64,000 nt of DNA from an uncultured Holophagales bacterium (GTDB lineage: Bacteria; Acidobacteriota; Thermoanaerobaculia; Multivoradales; UBA5704), in contig CAWJGT010000003.1 in assembly GCA_963842525.1 (NCBI GenBank), positions 608,001 to 672,000 of the forward strand, in the 5' to 3' direction. The notes under the pieces were generated by a model. That model made no database searches and was not told the DNA's origin. It worked only from the letters and a program-made list of their open reading frames with translations. A program made the translations under genes and the position numbers. Position 1 is the first letter of the stretch, and the number at the start of each line of letters is the position of its first letter. Of this stretch, positions 59,188-64,000 are shown one piece after another.

Positions 59188-59731
59188 GCTTCCGGACGGT
59201 TCTCCAGAGCTTCCGGACGGTTCTGGGGGGGCTTCGGAAAAATTCTGGAGCACTCCAAAATTTTTTCCCAGTACTTCGGATCGGATCCGAAGCCTTCCAG
59301 AAAATTTCTGGACTACCTCGAAAGAGTTCTGGAGTACTTCCGAGGAATTCTGGAGCACTTCAAAAACTTTTTCCAGTACTTCGGATCGGATCCGAAGCCC
59401 TTCAGAAGATTTCCGGAGTACCTCGAAAAAGTTCTGAAGTACTTCCGAGGAATTCTGGAGTACTTCAAAAATTTTTCCAGTACTTCGGATCGGATCCGAA
59501 GTACTTCAGAAGATTTCCGGAGTACCTCGAAAAAGTTCTGGAGTACTTCCGAGGAATTCTGAAGTACTCCAAAAATTTTTCTCAGTACTTCGGATCGAAT
59601 CCGAAGCCTTCCAGAAAACTTCCGGAGTACCTCGAAAAAGTTCTGAAGTACTTCGGAAAGATTCCGGAGCACTCCAAATTTTTTCCGGTGCTTCGGATCG
59701 GCTGCGAAGCGTTCCGGCTCGCACCGGAAGC
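59188..59731. repeat. 21-bp palindromic tandem array (about 26 units) with 105-bp higher-order repeat
   Basis: Units such as TACTTCGGATCGGATCCGAAG recur every fifth unit. Confidence 0.95.
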
Positions 59732-59764
59732 CCTTCGCCCTCCTTGCCTGTCTTTGGGCGGGGA

Positions 59765-59797
59765 CGAAGAAAGGGGGCGCGCGGTCCGCGCGCCCCC
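59765..59797 (-). terminator. Intrinsic terminator
   Basis: GGGGGCGCGCG-GAC-CGCGCGCCCCC stem followed by TTTCTTC, 20 bp after the stop at 59817. Confidence 0.75.
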
Positions 59798-59816
59798 TGG
59801 AGTGGAGCGGCTACGA

Positions 59817-60203
59817 TTACTCAGTCGGCGGGGGAGCGGGCGATTCCGGGTCCGGCTCCTCGGGCGGCGGCGCCACCGGCCGGGGACGGCCGCGGAACGG
59901 CTTCAGCCCGAACTGGACCAGCTTTTCGCTGCGGGTGCCGAAACGCTCGCGCGCCCCCTTCCGCAGGAAGGCCGCCAGGGCGTCTCCCTCCCGAAGCGCC
60001 TGCTGCAGCTTCTGCCCGACGTCCTGCTTGGTCGCGGTCAGGGCGCTGAACTCGGCGCTCAGGCTGTTCGCCTGCCGGAGCAGGTTCTCGAGCCGGGAGC
60101 CGGGCTCTGCCAGGTACGGGAGCTCGGCCGCGTGCGAAGCCAGGGCTGCCAGGGCCTGTGCCCAGCCGTTGAGGGTGTTCAGGTACTCAGGGATCTTGGC
60201 CAT
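59817..60203 (-). CDS. Small alpha-helical hypothetical protein (128 aa), basic then Pro-rich tail
   Basis: AG-rich RBS, ATG at 60203, coiled-coil pattern, own promoter and terminator. Confidence 0.85.
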   Translation of the reverse strand: MAKIPEYLNTLNGWAQALAALASHAAELPYLAEPGSRLENLLRQANSLSAEFSALTATKQDVGQKLQQALREGDALAAFLRKGARERFGTRSEKLVQFGLKPFRGRPRPVAPPPEEPDPESPAPPPTE

Positions 60204-60267
60204 ACTGCTTTCCTTTCTCTCCTTCCGGAGATATCTCGGCGCCGGAATTGGCGCCGTGAATGTACAT

Positions 60268-60296
60268 ACGGTAGAGGGCTCTCGTCCGTTTGTCAA
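60268..60296 (-). promoter_or_regulatory. Sigma70-like promoter of the small helical gene
   Basis: TTGACA-N17-TACCGT on the minus strand; a TATAAT on the plus strand near 60330 may serve the kinase. Confidence 0.5.
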
Positions 60297-60451
60297 GAGC
60301 CATACGGACAAGAAGCCGGCATACTGTCTATAATATTCACAACTAAGAAGGGAGGTGCCCGCTGCGGTCAAGGAGCACTACGGCGCCGCGCGGCATCTCC
60401 CGCGGGTTCAGCTCCGGCAAACCGCCGAGGAGAGTATGATCCCCAGGCGAA

Positions 60452-61735
60452 ATGTCGCGCGACTTCTTCTTCCAGAGCATGCTGGACCGGTTCCGCCGCC
60501 GCCGCGTCGATCGCCGCGCCGTGCAGGAATTCAGCCGGTCCCTGGCCCTGATCGTCGACCGGGAGGCTCTGGAGGCCAGCCTTGCGGCCCGCATCCGCGA
60601 GCTCTTCGATCCGGACCGGCTGATCGTGCTCGAGCCCGATGCGGAGTCCGCGTTTCGCCCCACCCTGTCCTTCGGCCTCGAAGAGTCCGATCTGGAGAGC
60701 GCCGGCATCCCGGGCCGCGGGAAGCTCGCGCGCTGGCTGACCGTGAACGAGACCTCTTTCGTGCTCGACCGCCAGCCGGGGGTCCTCGAATTCCTCGACC
60801 CCGCGGAAAAGGACCTGTTCCGGACGCTACGCCTGCATGTGGCGGTCCCCATGATTTCCCTCAATCGCCTGACCGGCATCCTCCTGCTCGGTTTCGACCG
60901 GTCGCTGCGCAGCCTCGGCCGCGGCGACCTGGAGCTGCTGGGCCTCCTGGCGCGGCAGGCGAGCCTCGCCTTCGAGAACACCGCGCTCTACCGCGAGCAG
61001 CGCAAGCGCCTCGACCGTCTGCACCGCGCCGAGCGCCTGGCCGCGGTGGGGCAGCTCGCGGCCGGGGTGGCGCACGAGATCCGCAACCCGCTGACCGCCA
61101 TCCGCTCGACCATGCAGTACCTGCTGCAGGGGCTCGATACCTCCGAGCCGAAGCACCAATTGGTTGAGGAGCTGTTGAGCGAGGTGGACCGGATCAACAG
61201 TACCGTGGGGGGCCTGCTGAGCCTGAGCCGGACCGGCGAGCTGCGGCCGGTGGAGGTCGACCTCCTGGATCCGCTGGCCCGGGCGGTCCAGCTCCTGCGT
61301 GCCCGGGCCGGAGAGCAGGGCGTGGAGATCGCCGCCAGCCTGCCGCCGGAGCCGGTTCCAGTCCTGGGCGATGCCGGCCAGCTCAAGCAGGTGTTCCTCA
61401 ACCTGCTGTTGAACGCGGTCCAGTCCATGCCCGGCGGCGGGCAGGTGCGGGTGACGGTGGCGCCTGGCCCCCCCCGGCCCGGTACCCATCGGGAGGAATG
61501 GGCCCACGTGCGGGTCTCGGACTCCGGTCCCGGCATCCCACCTGACAAGCTCCGCCGGGTGTTCGATCCGTTCTACACCACCAAGAGCGACGGCACCGGC
61601 CTGGGGCTGGCGATCTGCCACGGCATCGTGGAGCAGCACCAGGGAGAGATCGAGGTGGAGAGCGAGGAGGGCTGCGGCACCACCGTGTCGGTCCGGCTCC
61701 CTCTCGCGGGGAGGCAACCATGGCCAGCATCCTGA
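60452..61735 (+). CDS. GAF sensor histidine kinase (NtrB-like)
   Basis: AHEIRNPL, QVFLNLLLNA, DSGPG, GTGLGL. Confidence 0.95.
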   Translation: MSRDFFFQSMLDRFRRRRVDRRAVQEFSRSLALIVDREALEASLAARIRELFDPDRLIVLEPDAESAFRPTLSFGLEESDLESAGIPGRGKLARWLTVNETSFVLDRQPGVLEFLDPAEKDLFRTLRLHVAVPMISLNRLTGILLLGFDRSLRSLGRGDLELLGLLARQASLAFENTALYREQRKRLDRLHRAERLAAVGQLAAGVAHEIRNPLTAIRSTMQYLLQGLDTSEPKHQLVEELLSEVDRINSTVGGLLSLSRTGELRPVEVDLLDPLARAVQLLRARAGEQGVEIAASLPPEPVPVLGDAGQLKQVFLNLLLNAVQSMPGGGQVRVTVAPGPPRPGTHREEWAHVRVSDSGPGIPPDKLRRVFDPFYTTKSDGTGLGLAICHGIVEQHQGEIEVESEEGCGTTVSVRLPLAGRQPWPAS

Positions 61736-63126
61736 TCGTCGACGACGAGAAGCCGATCCGGCGCATCCTCTCTCTGTTGCTCCAGGACCGCCGGCACCGT
61801 GCCACCGAGGTCGGCTCCGGAGAGGAGGCGATCGCCGCGGTGCCGGAAGCCAAGCCGGACCTCGTCCTGCTCGACCTCCGGCTCCCCGGCATGGACGGCC
61901 TCGAGACCCTGTCGCAGGCTGCGCGCCCTTTCGCCGCGTACCGACGTGATCATGATGACCGCGCACGGCACCATCTCCTCGGCCGTCGAGGCCATGCGCC
62001 GCGGTGCCTTCGACTACGTGGCCAAGCCGTTCGACAACGACGAGCTGCTGATGGTCGTCGACCGCGCGCTCCAGGTGCGCAGCCTGAGCTCGGAGGTGGA
62101 GTCGCTGCGCGGCGAGCTGGAGAGCCGCTACGGCTTCACCGAGATCGTGGGCCTCGAGCCGCGAGCTGCAGGAGGTCTTCCGGATGATGGCCAAGGTCGT
62201 CCGGGTCGACGTCACGGTGCTGATCACCGGCGAGTCGGGCACCGGCAAGGAGCTCGTGGCGCGGGCCATCCACCGCCGCAGCGCCCGCGCGGAGGGGCCG
62301 TTCGTGGCGGTCAACTGCAGCGCCATCCCCCAGACGCTGGTCGAGTCCGAGTTCTTCGGCCATGAGAAGGGGGCGTTCACCGATGCCCGCGAGAGCCGGC
62401 CGGGCCGCTTCGAGCAGGCCGACGGCGGCACCCTGTTCCTGGACGAGGTGGGCGACCTCGCCCTCGACGCCCAGGCGAAGCTCCTGCGGGCCCTCCAGGA
62501 GAGGCAGGTGCAGCGCATCGGCTCCCGCTCGGCCCGTCCGGTGGACGTGCGCGTCATCGCGGCCACCAACAAGGACCTGGCGCGCGAGGTGCGCGAAGGC
62601 CGTTTCCGCGAGGACCTCTACTGGCGCCTGAACGTGGTCCAGATCCGCCTGCCGGCCCTGCGCGAGCGCCGCGACGACCTGCCGGTCCTCCTCGATTTTT
62701 TCGTCGACCGGTTCAACCGCGAGCTCGGCCTCGCCGTCCAGTCCATCGCTCCGGATGCGCGCCGGCTCCTCTGCGACTACGACTGGCCGGGCAACGTGCG
62801 GGAGCTGGAGAACACCGTCTGCCGCGCCATGATCCTCTGCGAGGGGGATACGCTGACCGTCTCCGACCTGCCCGGGTCGGGTGCGGGGGGAGAGCGACGG
62901 CTTCGATGCCTCCCTCGGGTCCGATCTCGTCCGGCTCACCCTGACCGAGGCGGTAGCGCAGGCTTCGGAACGCCTGGAGAAGGTCATGATCCTCTCGCGC
63001 CTCGCCGAGCACCGGGGCAACCGCACGGCCACGGCGGAGAGCCTCGGCGTGAGCCGCAAGACCCTGTTCAACAAGATGCGCCAGTACGGCATGACCGGCG
63101 AGGAGGCCGAGGACGCGGTGGGTTGA
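61720..63126 (+). CDS. Sigma54-dependent (NtrC-family) response regulator, frameshifted
   Basis: Receiver domain, [35 protein letters not shown], Fis-type HTH. Confidence 0.95.
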
Positions 63127-63129
63127 GGT

Positions 63130-63867
63130 TTCGAGCCCGGAGCCGCCACGCGGCCGCGGGTGTCCGCTCAGATAGTCGAGATAGAGCTTCTCCAGGCTCT
63201 CGTAGCGCAGCTCCTCGCGGGTCCGGGTGAGCACCTGGCGGCCCTCTTGCAGGATGCCTACCCGGTCGGCGAGCTGCCGCGCCCAGAACAGGTCTTGCGA
63301 GGGTGATCAGCAGCGCCTGGCCGGAGTCGCGGAGGGATTCGAGCAGCTCCACCACCTCGGCCGCCGTCTTGGGGTCGATGCCCGGCGAGCGGCTCGTCGA
63401 GGAGCAGGGCCGGAGCCTCCTTGACCAGCGCCGCGGCGATCCCCAGCTTGCGGACCATCCCGGGAGGGAAGCCGGACACCCGCTGCCGAAGCCGCCTCCG
63501 GGAGCCCCACCTCGCGCAGCGCCATCTCGCAGTCGGCCCGCGCCCGGTCCGGCCTGCCGCCAGGCGCGGCGAAGAACTCCAGGTTCTGGAGCGCCGTCAG
63601 GCGGCCGTAGAAGGCCATGCCGGCGGCCAGGTAGGCGGCCCGCGCTTTGGCTCGCAGCGGGCTCCCGAGCCACGTCGATCCCGTCGATCAGCGCCCGGCC
63701 GGCGGTCGGCTGGGTGAAGCCGAGGAAGAGGTTGATCACCGTGGTCTTGCCGGCGCCCGCGCGCCGAGGAGGCAGTAGATCTCGCCCGGCTCGACCCGGA
63801 GGTTCAGGGCGTCGAGGGCCAGCGTGCCGTTCGGGTAGCGCTTGCTCAGGTGGATCGCTTCGATCAT
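63130..63867 (-). CDS. ABC transporter ATP-binding protein (frameshifted; 3' end approximate)
   Basis: GAGKTT, LTALQNL, LLLDEP; ATG at 63867. Confidence 0.85.
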
Positions 63868-64000
63868 GGTTCACCTGGGCTCCTGGCGGGCGAAGAGGTA
63901 GACGGCGAGGAGCGGCGAGCAGCGAGGGTTTCGAGGCCGAGGAGCGGCCAGGGCCGGCGCCGCGAGCGCCGAGCGCTCTCGGCCACCGGGACCTCCTGGA
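63864..64000 (-). CDS. 3' end of upstream gene, probable ABC permease (partial)
   Basis: Hydrophobic tail ...LLAVYLFARQEPR with stop near the ATPase start. Confidence 0.4.
   Translation of the reverse strand, partial: QEVPVAESARRSRRRPWPLLGLETLAARRSSPSTSSPARSPGEP

Noticed and set aside
59188-59731. CRISPR array (also considered for 24162-24450 and 28148-28504)
   Set aside because: Units are contiguous with no unique spacers, and no cas genes were seen.

Overview
GC-rich bacterial DNA, probably Acidobacteriota/Thermoanaerobaculia-like (inferred from gene and repeat style). Single-base frameshifts affect many unrelated genes and look like long-read assembly errors. Positions 1-18.3 kb hold the 5' part of a minus-strand lipopeptide NRPS (FAAL-ACP, C-A-T-E, three C-A-T modules, C-A...) that runs off the left edge. 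The remainder mixes metabolic and regulatory genes with accessory DNA: an SF1 helicase-nuclease fusion, four toxin-antitoxin pairs and an IS1182 element. The most notable structure occurs twice (about 24.0-28.7 kb and 53.4-60.2 kb): an integron-type cassette array with no integrase. Each has attC hairpins whose R''/R' boxes pair cassette by cassette, and a TTGACG-N17-TAGA(A/G)T promoter exactly 125 bp from the first crossover. Each ends distally at a 5'-truncated Y1/HUH transposase remnant with a fixed 3' motif, and lies near a duplicated host-gene tail and a 19-21-bp palindromic tandem array. Two of the three tandem arrays follow a gene or remnant of one small helical protein family. REP-like palindromes also sit inside NRPS coding loops. 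No rRNA, tRNA or CRISPR array was recognised. All family assignments come from motif recognition by eye; no database search was run.
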